From Gammaproteobacteria bacterium (GTDB taxonomy: Bacteria; Pseudomonadota; Gammaproteobacteria; S012-40), in assembly GCA_027021445.1 (NCBI GenBank), contig JALUUH010000138.1, positions 8,275-72,274 of the forward strand: a stretch of 64,000 nucleotides of DNA, read 5' to 3'. The notes under the pieces were generated by a model. That model was not told where the DNA came from, made no database searches, and worked only from the letters and a program-made list of their open reading frames with translations. Positions 54,825-64,000 of this stretch are shown here, piece after piece (the stretch's first letter is position 1; each line of letters starts with the position of its first letter). Both the position numbers and the translations under genes were made by a program.

Positions 54825-56720
54825 TCAAACTTTCGTCATATTCAAACGTTTAATACGAAGCATACCCACAAGGCCTGCAATAACAATGATCAACACAGGA
54901 ATCAGTGCAATATTCAATACTTTAAGTGTCGTACCCAAGCTTTCAATATTTTTCCCTAACTCATGCTGTACGGTACGTAATTCCTTGCGTGTTTGCACTT
55001 GCTGATTGCGAAACTTTTCAACTTCTGCCTTTTGCTCTGCACTCAAAATCATCGCACTTCCACCGTCTTTTTCACGTTGTAATTCTGCCAACTTACGTTC
55101 GGCTTGCTGCAATTTTTCTTGTAATGCCTTTTCAGTATCCTGGTATTTGTTTTCTGCTTCTTGCTGTAGCTCTAAGACTTTCTGAAACGGACGTGCCGAC
55201 TTACCTCGACCACGTAAACTAATAAGATCATTATTACCACTTAAGTTTTCTATTGCATTAATAACAAAAGCATCATTATTCGCTCGCGGTATTGCCATGC
55301 GATTGCCGAAAAAATTCTGCAGATTTACCCATTGTTTATCCTCTAATAAATCAGTATCCGCAACGACGACTACATTTATTTCATCTTTTGACTCAGATAA
55401 ACCGGTTTTTTTATTGCCATCTACTTCGATGCCATCAGGATATGCACTATTGACCTTCCCATGAATCCGTGCGGCGATAGTCAGTGACTCACCACCTGAA
55501 TTAAAGTCTCTTAGCAATTGTGCGGGATTTGGCCCAAATTGCACCCGACTCACCGGTATACTCATCGATTTTTCACCCGTTGATAATAAGGGCGTAAATT
55601 CAATATCAGACGCTTCATCTTTCGTCAAAAACCCTGGCGTTGCTACATTAACGAGTTTGAGATCAGAGGTAATAAAATCTTGTTGATTCAAGTTATTCTC
55701 ATTTAATGACAGCCACACAATATAGTCCATTGCTTGCATACGCTGACCAGATCGCGCATTAACCCGAGTCGCGGCATCTCGATCGGCGGCTAAGTTATCT
55801 TGCGCAAAATTAACACCCCAGCTGTTAAATAAAAGATCCAAATTTGATGACTTGCTCGCAGTCATGGCAGCCATTGGGTTCGACGGATCAGAAATAGGGA
55901 CTTCAGCTTCAGAAAACGGATCTACAAAAACAATGGCCCGCCCACCTTTTAGTATAAACTGGTCAATGGCAAATAAGGCCGGTTCTGCTAAATTTTTCGG
56001 ATGCACCAGCATTAAAATATCGATATTCGACGGAATGCTAGTAAAACCAGGCTCTATCTTCTGCACCTCAAAAAACTGCCTAAGCTGATTGACGATAAAC
56101 CATTCTTGCGGTCCCGTATTTTGGTTAGCAAAAGGATTTGCATTGCTTGCTGCGCCAAAAATCGGCAAACTTGAGGCTAAACCAAGCACAGGTTGCTGAG
56201 TATTAATTAGCTTATAAATAAGCCTTGTTAGATCATATTCTAAAGAGTCTTCTTTATCCGGTCGAAAAAATATAATCGATTCCTGAGCATCAACACTATT
56301 CACTCCGATTAAACCAAAATATCCTGCGCCACCGATATTATCAACCGGAACACCTTGTAATCCGTACTGAACTGCTTCGTCTTCTACATCAGAAAAAGGC
56401 TCCGGATCAGCGATAATTAGCTCGAGCTTTCCGTCTGCCAAATCCACATACTCGTTCAACAAATCGCGTACACGATGCCCATAAGAAAGCAGATTCGGAA
56501 CACTAGAAAACACTTTTTCTGAAAAATAAAATCGCAGCGTTATAGGCTCATCAATAGTCTGAAGTATATTTTCCGTACCTTCCGAAACAGTAAACAATTT
56601 ATCTTCGGTTAAGTCTAATCGACTCGAGGTAAATAGCATACTCGAAACCACATTAATCAAGAGTAAAAATGCGCCGATAATCAGCAAACCAGATATCGAC
56701 AAAAAGCGTATTTTTTTCAT
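54825..56720 (-). CDS. GldG-family ABC-transporter auxiliary protein, 631 aa
   Basis: It has N- and C-terminal TM anchors, a large periplasmic body and a coiled-coil 'QEAENKYQDTEKALQEKLQQAERKLAELQREKD'. It follows the ABC-2 permease. Confidence 0.7.
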   Translation of the reverse strand: MKKIRFLSISGLLIIGAFLLLINVVSSMLFTSSRLDLTEDKLFTVSEGTENILQTIDEPITLRFYFSEKVFSSVPNLLSYGHRVRDLLNEYVDLADGKLELIIADPEPFSDVEDEAVQYGLQGVPVDNIGGAGYFGLIGVNSVDAQESIIFFRPDKEDSLEYDLTRLIYKLINTQQPVLGLASSLPIFGAASNANPFANQNTGPQEWFIVNQLRQFFEVQKIEPGFTSIPSNIDILMLVHPKNLAEPALFAIDQFILKGGRAIVFVDPFSEAEVPISDPSNPMAAMTASKSSNLDLLFNSWGVNFAQDNLAADRDAATRVNARSGQRMQAMDYIVWLSLNENNLNQQDFITSDLKLVNVATPGFLTKDEASDIEFTPLLSTGEKSMSIPVSRVQFGPNPAQLLRDFNSGGESLTIAARIHGKVNSAYPDGIEVDGNKKTGLSESKDEINVVVVADTDLLEDKQWVNLQNFFGNRMAIPRANNDAFVINAIENLSGNNDLISLRGRGKSARPFQKVLELQQEAENKYQDTEKALQEKLQQAERKLAELQREKDGGSAMILSAEQKAEVEKFRNQQVQTRKELRTVQHELGKNIESLGTTLKVLNIALIPVLIIVIAGLVGMLRIKRLNMTKV

Positions 56721-56731
56721 TCTATGAGCCC

Positions 56732-57466
56732 CTAATCCGCTTTCTTCATTTCAACAAGAATGACATTGGCAAACAGCCAACAACCTATAAACGACGTAAA
56801 ATATATGATATCTCGCAAATCTATGACGCCCTTCATGAGGGAATTAAAATGCGTTAGAAAGCTTAAAGAACTAATCGCATTAATCATTGCCTGAGGCGCC
56901 CAGCCTTTAAAAAAATCAATCACCATTGGAAACCCGCTCAACATAAAAATAAAACAAACCACCACAGCAATCACAAAAGCAATCACTTGGTTACGTGTAA
57001 TCGCAGAAATACAGGCACCAATAGCGAGAAATGCGCCCGCCATTAAGAGACTACCGAGGTAACCGGCAAAAATCACGGCATTATCAGGACTGCCTAAATA
57101 ATTCACCGTAATCCACAAAGGAAACGTAAGCAGTAGCGCAATAGCGATAAACATCCACGCGGCTAAAAATTTACCGAGTACTGCCTGAGTCGTTGAAATA
57201 GGCAAGGTCATCAATAATTCAATCGTGCCCGTCTTTCTCTCCTCCGCCCAAAGCCGCATTGAAATAGCAGGAATGAGAAACAAATATAACCAAGGATGAT
57301 AGGAGAAAAACGGCAGTAAATCCGCTTGCCCGCGTTCAAAAAAACCACCCAAATAAAAGGTAAAAACCCCTGTCAATAATAAAAAGATAACAATAAATAC
57401 ATAAGCAACCGGCGTTGCAAAATAATTCCCTAACTCGCGCTTTAATATCGCCGTTACATTATTCAT
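56732..57466 (-). CDS. ABC-2 type transporter permease (GldF-like), 244 aa
   Basis: It has 6 TM helices and a 4-nt overlap with the ATPase gene. Confidence 0.75.
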   Translation of the reverse strand: MNNVTAILKRELGNYFATPVAYVFIVIFLLLTGVFTFYLGGFFERGQADLLPFFSYHPWLYLFLIPAISMRLWAEERKTGTIELLMTLPISTTQAVLGKFLAAWMFIAIALLLTFPLWITVNYLGSPDNAVIFAGYLGSLLMAGAFLAIGACISAITRNQVIAFVIAVVVCFIFMLSGFPMVIDFFKGWAPQAMINAISSLSFLTHFNSLMKGVIDLRDIIYFTSFIGCWLFANVILVEMKKAD

Positions 57467-58419
57467 GAACGCGCATCTCCCTCAATTTCAACTGAGGTAA
57501 TGTCCCTAAAAACCTCATCTAAATGTCCTGTTTCGACGTTTAATGCTTCAAACTGCCACCCATTTTCTTGCGCACTATTATTCACATCTTTGATAATGCT
57601 TTGGCCATTTTTTGCGACCACTCTAAAACTAAAAGTACCCGGCCGTGCTTCACGAAACTCAACATCAGCAACACCCGAAGTCTGTTTAAGTTTTTTTGCA
57701 ATAGCTCCAGCGGTATTGGTAGTCAACACTAAATTAACCGCATTGTGATAACGAGACTTGGCCTCAAGCTCATCCGGTGTTCCATCAAACAATAATTTTC
57801 CTTGGGCAATAATAATGGCCCGGTCACAAATCGCATTGACCTCTTCCAGGATATGTGTAGAAATAATAATCGCCTTATCTTTAGCCATATTCTGAATGAG
57901 CGCGCGAACTTCGTGTTTTTGATTAGGATCCAAGCCATCGGTTGGTTCATCCATAATCAAAACCTCAGGATCATGTAATATGGCTTGGGCAATGCCTACC
58001 CTACGCTTAAATCCTTTCGACAAGGTTTCAATGGTTTGATTGAGTATTTTTTCCAAATGCGTAATTTCAACCACACGATTTATCCGTCGCGTTTTTTCTT
58101 CACCTGAATAACCTCGAATATCCGCGATGAAGCTCAAAAAAGTCAGCGCCGTCATATCGCCATAAGCAGGCGCGCCTTCAGGCAAGTAACCCATTGATTT
58201 TTTAACTTCCATTGGATTTTTTAATACATCATTGCCACAAATTATCGCCGTACCTGATGTCGGATTTAAAAACCCCGCAAGCATTTTCATCGTTGTCGAT
58301 TTACCCGCACCATTAGGCCCTAAAAAACCCAATACCTCCCCGCGTTTAACATTAAACGAAACGTCGGAGACGGCTGAATAATTTCCGAAAACCTTTTCTA
58401 AATTTTTTACTTCGATCAT
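57463..58419 (-). CDS. ABC transporter ATP-binding protein (GldA-like), 318 aa
   Basis: Walker A is 'GPNGAGKST', the signature is 'LSKGFKRRV' and Walker B is 'LIMDEPTDGLD'. Confidence 0.88.
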   Translation of the reverse strand: MIEVKNLEKVFGNYSAVSDVSFNVKRGEVLGFLGPNGAGKSTTMKMLAGFLNPTSGTAIICGNDVLKNPMEVKKSMGYLPEGAPAYGDMTALTFLSFIADIRGYSGEEKTRRINRVVEITHLEKILNQTIETLSKGFKRRVGIAQAILHDPEVLIMDEPTDGLDPNQKHEVRALIQNMAKDKAIIISTHILEEVNAICDRAIIIAQGKLLFDGTPDELEAKSRYHNAVNLVLTTNTAGAIAKKLKQTSGVADVEFREARPGTFSFRVVAKNGQSIIKDVNNSAQENGWQFEALNVETGHLDEVFRDITSVEIEGDARS

Positions 58420-58611
58420 GTATATTTTTTCACCACGCTCGGCCTCTCATCATTTTGAGGAAATATCATTACTTTTGCAGTAGCCGCTTATTATCAATAG
58501 AACGCTTCTTCTGTCAAGATTGCCTATTAATAAACAACATTAAGCCCTGGTAACACGAAATCCCAAATATTTAATTCCCGCATTCGACTACACACTTTTG
58601 CAAAAGTTCGA

Positions 58612-59631
58612 CTAATGAATACCCAATATTTTCGCTCTAATCTCGCTTGGAAGTCCATTTAAGCCTTGCAACCCCCCTGTATGCAGCGCAACAACGGTCG
58701 ATCCCGTTGGGAAATACCCCTGCTCAAGCAAATCGAACATCGCATAAAACAACTTGCCCGTATACACAGGTTCCAGCTGAATCGCAAAGTCTTCTCTAAA
58801 CTTTTGAATAAAATCAATTAACTCATTAGAATATTTCGCATACCCTGAAAAATGGTAATTGGTTAGAATGGACCAGCTGATTGATTCTGCTGAAACAGTC
58901 AGATCACAAGATTGCAAAAACGTTTTCACTGCATCATTAAGGAAACTCGCATTTTTCAACACCGCTACACCGAGTATTTTTGTCTGTTCATGTTTTGATG
59001 CCAGTAAGCCACTTAATGTTCCAGCTGTTCCGCAAGCACTCATAAGATAATCGGGAATGCCATCGATTTGTCGATCAAGCTCAGCGTTGATCTCGGCACA
59101 ACCCTGCAACGCGAGACAATTACTGCCGCCCTCGGGCAATAAATAAAATGGCCCATACTGCGCGGTTAACCGATTGAGAAAATCAGCATCGGTTTTGTAA
59201 CGATACTGATCTCTGCTCACAAAATGCAATGTCATTCCACAGGAACGCGCATAGGACAAACTAGAATTATTGGCATATTCCTTTTCGCCACGAATCACCC
59301 CTATTGTTGCAAAGCCAAACTGCCGCCCTGCCGCAGCAAGCGCGACAATATGGTTTGAATATGCCCCGCCAAAAGAAAGCAAGGTCGAATGATTTTTTTC
59401 CTTCGCATCGAGTAAATTAAATTTAAGTTTTCGCCATTTATTGCCAGAAATATTGCTATCCAACAAATCATCGCGCTTAACAATAAATCGAATTTTATGC
59501 CTAGAAAATAAGGAAGAATGGAGTTCTTGAATAGGCGAAAAAGGAAGCGTAAGTTTTTTTTGCAAAATTTCCAAGGAACCCGTCTGAACCTGGGCTTTAA
59601 CTAACGCTCGGCGACTATATAAGCTAACCAT
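58612..59631 (-). CDS. PLP-dependent ACC deaminase / D-cysteine desulfhydrase-family enzyme, 339 aa
   Basis: The PLP-Lys region is 'SGNKWRKLKF'. Also present are 'SFGGAYSNHIVALA' and 'GTAGTLSGL'. Confidence 0.7.
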   Translation of the reverse strand: MVSLYSRRALVKAQVQTGSLEILQKKLTLPFSPIQELHSSLFSRHKIRFIVKRDDLLDSNISGNKWRKLKFNLLDAKEKNHSTLLSFGGAYSNHIVALAAAGRQFGFATIGVIRGEKEYANNSSLSYARSCGMTLHFVSRDQYRYKTDADFLNRLTAQYGPFYLLPEGGSNCLALQGCAEINAELDRQIDGIPDYLMSACGTAGTLSGLLASKHEQTKILGVAVLKNASFLNDAVKTFLQSCDLTVSAESISWSILTNYHFSGYAKYSNELIDFIQKFREDFAIQLEPVYTGKLFYAMFDLLEQGYFPTGSTVVALHTGGLQGLNGLPSEIRAKILGIH

Positions 59632-60431
59632 GACTCTTGCTGATCAATTTCTGTCACTTCTCCGTATTCGCCCGTGCCGGTGAGATATTCATTATCAGGG
59701 TCATCGTCTTCTTCAAACCCTTCCCAATAAATACGTACATTAGAAAAACCGGCTTCTAACAAAATCTCCCTGATCTCCGGCAAACTCCATAATCTCCAAG
59801 AATATGCGAACGCATTATCAAGGCGTGAACCATCTTCAAATTCAAAATGAATTTTACATTCAATATGCGCATTGATCGGATTATAATATTCTTGCTCCCA
59901 GATATAGGTAAAGTTTTCATCTTCTATCGGGCGTTCCTCTTCAACGATATCGGTGGTTGCCGTACCTCCCAGCAAATCTAAAAAAAACAAGCCCCCCTCT
60001 TCGAGAGAATGTCGAACATTGGCAAAATATTGCCGCATTAAAGAACGTGTTTCAAAAATACAATAGCTAAAATTAAATGCACAAACGATATCTGTTTTTT
60101 CGGTTTGTACTGACAATACATTCTCGTTCAATAAGGTTACGCGCTGCGCAATAGCCTTCCCTGCGGGTTTAACATTATGTTTCATACCCCAATCTAAAGT
60201 ATCTTGGCATAAATCCACGCCAATCGCCCGGTAGTCGTTCCCCTGTCTACACCATTCCGTGCTCAACAATGCAGTCCCGCAAAAGTCCTCCCGAAAAATT
60301 TCGGGCTCGGCTGCGTTAATTTCTCGATAAACCTGCAAGACAAATTCAATTTCAGTATCCGCAGTCTGTACCGATTTTTGATACAGAATATGCTTGTCCG
60401 CTTTTTCAGCCAGTGTCTTTTTTTTGCTCAT
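59601..60431 (-). CDS. Class I SAM-dependent methyltransferase, 276 aa
   Basis: The start is at ATG 60431. Motif I is 'EDFCGTALLS', with 'GVDL' and the post-I/II pattern 'GGLFFLDL'. Confidence 0.65.
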   Translation of the reverse strand: MSKKKTLAEKADKHILYQKSVQTADTEIEFVLQVYREINAAEPEIFREDFCGTALLSTEWCRQGNDYRAIGVDLCQDTLDWGMKHNVKPAGKAIAQRVTLLNENVLSVQTEKTDIVCAFNFSYCIFETRSLMRQYFANVRHSLEEGGLFFLDLLGGTATTDIVEEERPIEDENFTYIWEQEYYNPINAHIECKIHFEFEDGSRLDNAFAYSWRLWSLPEIREILLEAGFSNVRIYWEGFEEDDDPDNEYLTGTGEYGEVTEIDQQESWLAYIVAER

Positions 60432-60608
60432 AGGTTCCTGCCTTAGCATTCTTCATAAGGAGACAACCCTCAATATACCCAAAACGCTATAAGTATAAAT
60501 CGAACCTCTCGTTGGAATAGTCAATTTTAGCCAGTATCTCGATGAAATGCTATTCATAAGCAAAGTCGGTATAATCCCAGATTCCGCAATACTTAAACTT
60601 TCAGCAAT

Positions 60609-61091
60609 ATGCAATATTGTAGCAAACCAAATATTGAGCAGCTCAATAAAATACTCGCCGTTTACCACTTGAGTCTAGAACTCATCAGCACCCATAAAGA
60701 CATTCCGGGTAGTTTTTGGGGGGATAGTGAAGCCGGGTTAATTGGCAATACTTTATTTATCCGCAAAGATACGCCAATCCACTCGGCTTTGCACGAAGCC
60801 TGTCATTACATTTGCATGGATGGGCAACGCCGAAGTAACCTACATACCAATGCCGGCGGTGATTACGATGAAGAAAACGGCGTATGTTATTTGCAAATCC
60901 TACTGGGCGAAAAACTTCCATCTATTGATCGCAACATTATGTTCAATGACATGGACGAATGGGGTTATAGCTTTAGACTTGGCTCTACTCAGAAATGGTT
61001 TCACTCGGATGCCGATGACGCACAAAAATGGCTCATTGAGAAAGGCATATTGGATGCTGCAAACAAACCAACAGGCAAATTGCGAGAATAA
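60609..61091 (+). CDS. Hypothetical protein with HExxH motif, 160 aa
   Basis: 'HSALHEACHYICMD' contains HEACH. I recognised nothing else. Confidence 0.4.
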   Translation: MQYCSKPNIEQLNKILAVYHLSLELISTHKDIPGSFWGDSEAGLIGNTLFIRKDTPIHSALHEACHYICMDGQRRSNLHTNAGGDYDEENGVCYLQILLGEKLPSIDRNIMFNDMDEWGYSFRLGSTQKWFHSDADDAQKWLIEKGILDAANKPTGKLRE

Positions 61092-61096
61092 GCAAC

Positions 61097-61858
61097 ATGT
61101 TATTTTACCTGAGTAAAATCATCAAGGCCTTTATTATTCCACCCGGCTTATTCGTACTTTCTTTTATTGTCGGATTGATATTGCTTAAACGCAAACCGCG
61201 TTTAGCAAAAAATATCTTAATCATAAGCGTTACGTTCTTTTCCCTTATGTGCCTACCCATTTTTTCCTCCGTATTAATGACCAGTATAGAGACCTATCCC
61301 GCATTAAGTGATGAAAAAATACAACAGTCCAATGCGCAAGCTATCGTCGTACTCGGAGGGGGTCGTCAATATGACGCCAAGGAATATGGTGGTGATACAG
61401 TCAGCCCATTTACGCTGTTGCGACTTCGCTATGCCGTAACTTTGCATAAAAAGACCCAAATGCCACTATTAGTCACTGGTGGCGCACCACTCAATGATCG
61501 AATTCCTGAAGCTGAATTAATGGCTGCCGTATTAATAGACGACTATGCAATAACAACAAAATGGCTGGAGCAAAAAAGTAAAAATACCGCAGAAAATGCA
61601 GCACTAAGCGCCAAAATATTAAATGCAGAAAATATCAATAACATTCTCTTAGTTACCCAAGCATGGCATATGCGGCGTGCGGTTCGTTTGTTTGAAAACC
61701 AAGGACTCACTGTCACCGCAGCGCCAACCATGTTTGAAGGCCTCAAAAATAATGAAATCAGTGTTTTTGACTTTTTACCCAGCATCAAAGCTTTTCAAAA
61801 AAGTGGTTACGCCATTCACGAGATAATTGGCCAACTTTGGTATCTCATGCGCTATTAA
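61097..61858 (+). CDS. YdcF/ElyC-family (DUF218) protein, 253 aa
   Basis: It has N-terminal TM helices. Supporting motifs are 'IVVLGGG', 'LVTGG' and 'SKNTAENA...LVTQAWHMRRA'. Confidence 0.75.
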   Translation: MLFYLSKIIKAFIIPPGLFVLSFIVGLILLKRKPRLAKNILIISVTFFSLMCLPIFSSVLMTSIETYPALSDEKIQQSNAQAIVVLGGGRQYDAKEYGGDTVSPFTLLRLRYAVTLHKKTQMPLLVTGGAPLNDRIPEAELMAAVLIDDYAITTKWLEQKSKNTAENAALSAKILNAENINNILLVTQAWHMRRAVRLFENQGLTVTAAPTMFEGLKNNEISVFDFLPSIKAFQKSGYAIHEIIGQLWYLMRY

Positions 61859-61940
61859 TTTCCTATAGACTCGTTAACCTCTTTTTAATTCTGGTAAAAA
61901 ATCCTTTCCCGCCTGTTAAATGCACACTCCCTAAAAAATA

Positions 61941-61960
61941 AGTGTTGTCTAGACAACACT
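61941..61960. promoter_or_regulatory. Perfect 20-bp palindrome, candidate operator upstream of the lipase gene
   Basis: The palindrome is AGTGTTGTCT|AGACAACACT. It lies about 55 bp upstream of ATG 62016. There is no T-run after it, so it is not a typical terminator. Confidence 0.3.
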
Positions 61961-62015
61961 AAGATATCATGTCAACGATATAGTTAAATCTCAGCATTCA
62001 ACACAGGACGTAGCC

Positions 62016-62858
62016 ATGCGCAAATTTTACATCTTACTCATTTCAAGCTTATTCCTCATAACCACCAGTTGCACCCTACTTGATATTGTCGAGGAAAACC
62101 CCTCACTAGACCTTTCATTTAAACAAGCATATCAATACGCCGAACTTGCCAACGCAAGCTATCAAGACATCGCTGAGATAAACCAAGTCAATGCAAAATA
62201 TTCATTAAAAACTATCCATTCAAAGCTTGACACTAAAACCGCTGTTAATTATTTCGTAGCAAATTCAGGCAATCGTTATGTTATCAGCATTCGTGGCACA
62301 GCAACCATAAGTGATGCTATTACCGACTTAAAATTTAAACTCGTACAAAATCCACAACTCGGCATATATTTACATGAAGGCTTTGCTGCTGCCGCAAATA
62401 CGATAGTTGACGAACTGAGAGACCAGCTTCCTAAAAATGCCGATATTGAAATAACCGGTCATAGCTTAGGGGGCGCTGTCGCAGTTGCCATGGCCATCCA
62501 GCTCCGCCACGAAGGCTATCGAATTACTCGTGTTGCTACTTTTGGCCAACCCAGAGTTACCGATTTCAACGGGGCACAGAAATACGCTGGCGTAAAGATC
62601 ACACGCTATGTCACCGAAAAAGACATTGTTCCACTGGTACCACCTATAGCACCTACCGAGTTCAAAAAAACAGGTATTTACTGGCATATAGGAAATGAAG
62701 TATTACTCAACGAATTGGGAGGTTACACTTCGTTGAATAGCACACAATCGATGGGAAGAGCCATTAGCGCGACATTTTCAAATATCTCCGAGCGAGATAT
62801 AGACGCGCATAAAATGAAAAATTACCTGCGACTAACAGGCACATTGGCTATGCAATAA
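62016..62858 (+). CDS. Class 3 (fungal-type) lipase-family lipoprotein, 280 aa
   Basis: A lipobox is present ('LITTSC'). The nucleophile elbow is 'ITGHSLGGAVA'. Preceding it are 'ISIRGT' and 'HEGF'. Confidence 0.8.
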   Translation: MRKFYILLISSLFLITTSCTLLDIVEENPSLDLSFKQAYQYAELANASYQDIAEINQVNAKYSLKTIHSKLDTKTAVNYFVANSGNRYVISIRGTATISDAITDLKFKLVQNPQLGIYLHEGFAAAANTIVDELRDQLPKNADIEITGHSLGGAVAVAMAIQLRHEGYRITRVATFGQPRVTDFNGAQKYAGVKITRYVTEKDIVPLVPPIAPTEFKKTGIYWHIGNEVLLNELGGYTSLNSTQSMGRAISATFSNISERDIDAHKMKNYLRLTGTLAMQ

Positions 62859-62893
62859 ATGAGGCCATACCCAAAATGGACGACTTTGCACTG

Positions 62894-63343
62894 TTAAATC
62901 TTATTTTTGATTCTTGAAAATACGCCTTGACTATCTCCCTGCCTATTTTTTTCTTTCTGTTCACCCGTAGGTAAAATAGCATCAATTTTGCGCACAATCA
63001 TTTTCGCCATGGTATTACCAATATACTCCCTACTAGATGCAGTTGTTCGCATTTCATCCAATACATATAAAAGCTTTTTATATTTTTTTTCAAGCATCTG
63101 ATATTTTTTCTTCTCTTTATCTAGGTTGAAATTTAAAGCATCCATTTCCCCCTGAACCGCCTCGGCGGCATCCGCTGCGGTTTGACTCAACTTCCTTTCT
63201 AAAGCTTTTAACTGATTATTTTGCTCTGCAATGATCCGGGACTGATTCGCTTGCTGCTCTGTATAAGCACGCGCGTTAATTTGGGTGGTGAGATAAACCG
63301 TCACAATAAGAATAACAAGAAAAGAGATAAGAGTGATTAGCAT
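62894..63343 (-). CDS. N-terminally anchored coiled-coil protein, 149 aa
   Basis: It has one TM followed by heptad-like sequence 'QNNQLKALERKLSQTAADAAEAVQGEMDALNFNLDKEKKKYQMLEKKYKKL'. Confidence 0.45.
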   Translation of the reverse strand: MLITLISFLVILIVTVYLTTQINARAYTEQQANQSRIIAEQNNQLKALERKLSQTAADAAEAVQGEMDALNFNLDKEKKKYQMLEKKYKKLLYVLDEMRTTASSREYIGNTMAKMIVRKIDAILPTGEQKEKNRQGDSQGVFSRIKNKI

Positions 63344-63469
63344 AATTTTCTTTCAACAACTGGTATATACTCTGTTTCGGTCATCGGCATCACTAGCTTT
63401 AACACAATAACCATAAGCTTTGAGCTTCACAGTTAGCAGAAACTAACAAAAAACACTAAAGGATTAAAA

Positions 63470-64000
63470 ATGCCCATAACCGCAGATTTTTTAGACTTAA
63501 TGGCGCGTGGTGGCCCCGTTATGTGGGTGATATTCGTCGTCGCTTGGGTTGCGATTATCATGCTCATAGAACGTGCATTAAGAGTCAATAGCTGGCATCG
63601 GCAGGCGCTAAAAGATCAACAAGCACTTGAAGACGATAAAACACATCTGCCTGAAAAATCGAGCACGCAAAATACCAGCCCGATTGCACTATTAATCTCA
63701 CGCCTAGAATGGCAAGAAATTAAACACAACGATGATTTAGCCCAACAACTCAACATCCAACTCGCTGAGCTAATGCCAAAACTGGAAGGCACCTTGCCGA
63801 CCATCGCTATTATTGGCTCTCTACTCCCCATGCTTGGACTTTTAGGCACCGTCACAGGCATGATTGAAGTCTTTGAGGTTATCGCCTTACAAGGAACCGG
63901 CGAACCACAAGAAATGGCGCATGGTATTTCGCAAGCACTGCTCACAACCGCAAGCGGACTCATCATCGCGATTCCCGTTATCTTTTTTCATCACCTACTG
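63470..64000 (+). CDS. ExbB/TolQ-family proton channel protein (3'-truncated by window end)
   Basis: The ATG follows AAAGGA. Supporting motifs are '[27 protein letters not shown]' and '[19 protein letters not shown]'. The frame is open to position 64000. Confidence 0.8.
   Translation, partial: MPITADFLDLMARGGPVMWVIFVVAWVAIIMLIERALRVNSWHRQALKDQQALEDDKTHLPEKSSTQNTSPIALLISRLEWQEIKHNDDLAQQLNIQLAELMPKLEGTLPTIAIIGSLLPMLGLLGTVTGMIEVFEVIALQGTGEPQEMAHGISQALLTTASGLIIAIPVIFFHHLL

Noticed and set aside
1-64000. I searched by eye for tRNA/rRNA genes, CRISPR arrays, integrases or transposases, and prophage or toxin-antitoxin genes.
   Set aside because: I saw no T-arm/acceptor-like conserved tRNA signatures, no regularly spaced direct repeats and no recombinase-like ORFs. 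Apart from the small palindromic repeats, the window looks like core chromosome plus a respiratory island.

Overview
This 64 kb window is a chromosomal segment from an AT-rich Gammaproteobacterium. The taxon is inferred from synteny only: plsY next to divergent folB-folK, rpiA next to divergent ilvA, thiD-thiE-hemL, and argS followed by a SPOR gene. That order resembles Pseudomonadales or Oceanospirillales-type genomes. All family calls come from reading motifs in the supplied translations; no database search was run. I saw no rRNA, tRNA, CRISPR array, transposase or integrase. Housekeeping genes present are argS, plsY, folB/folK, rpiA, ilvA, hemL, thiE/thiD, a Glu dehydrogenase, and an arginase-OAT-PutA arginine/proline catabolic cluster. 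Between these lie several unusual regions. (1) About 16.6 kb (25.8-42.4 kb) is almost entirely on the minus strand and forms a respiratory/copper island. It holds a CcoN with all canonical C-family ligands but an atypical partner set: a CcoO with a ~150 aa insertion, a haem-less FixP_N-like protein, and tiny TM peptides. It also holds a stand-alone 'CcoN helices IX-XII'-like protein with its own CcoO-like cytochrome c and a TlpA-like redoxin, an 8-gene operon of unknown function (CcoO-like cytochrome c, FGE/SUMF1-like enzyme, fused polytopic-membrane/spermidine-synthase-like/TPR protein), a CcoG-like operon and a dihaem c4. (2) A two-gene module (44.4-46.2 kb) pairs a MotA-like channel carrying a C-terminal helical tail with a MotB/TolR-like Asp-containing TM anchor fused to a coiled coil and a vWA domain. 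This is my best candidate for an undescribed ion-driven system. (3) A family of ~60-170 bp palindromic, MITE-like repeats with CCTAGG-type ends is present, and two copies bracket an orphan parA-like gene. Other notable features are an HU protein with a histone-H1-like lysine tail, two ankyrin lipoproteins flanking a trihaem cytochrome, a Sel1-SPOR protein next to a MotA/PomA-like stator, a GldA/F/G-type ABC system, a bactofilin and a DedA-LssY_C fusion.
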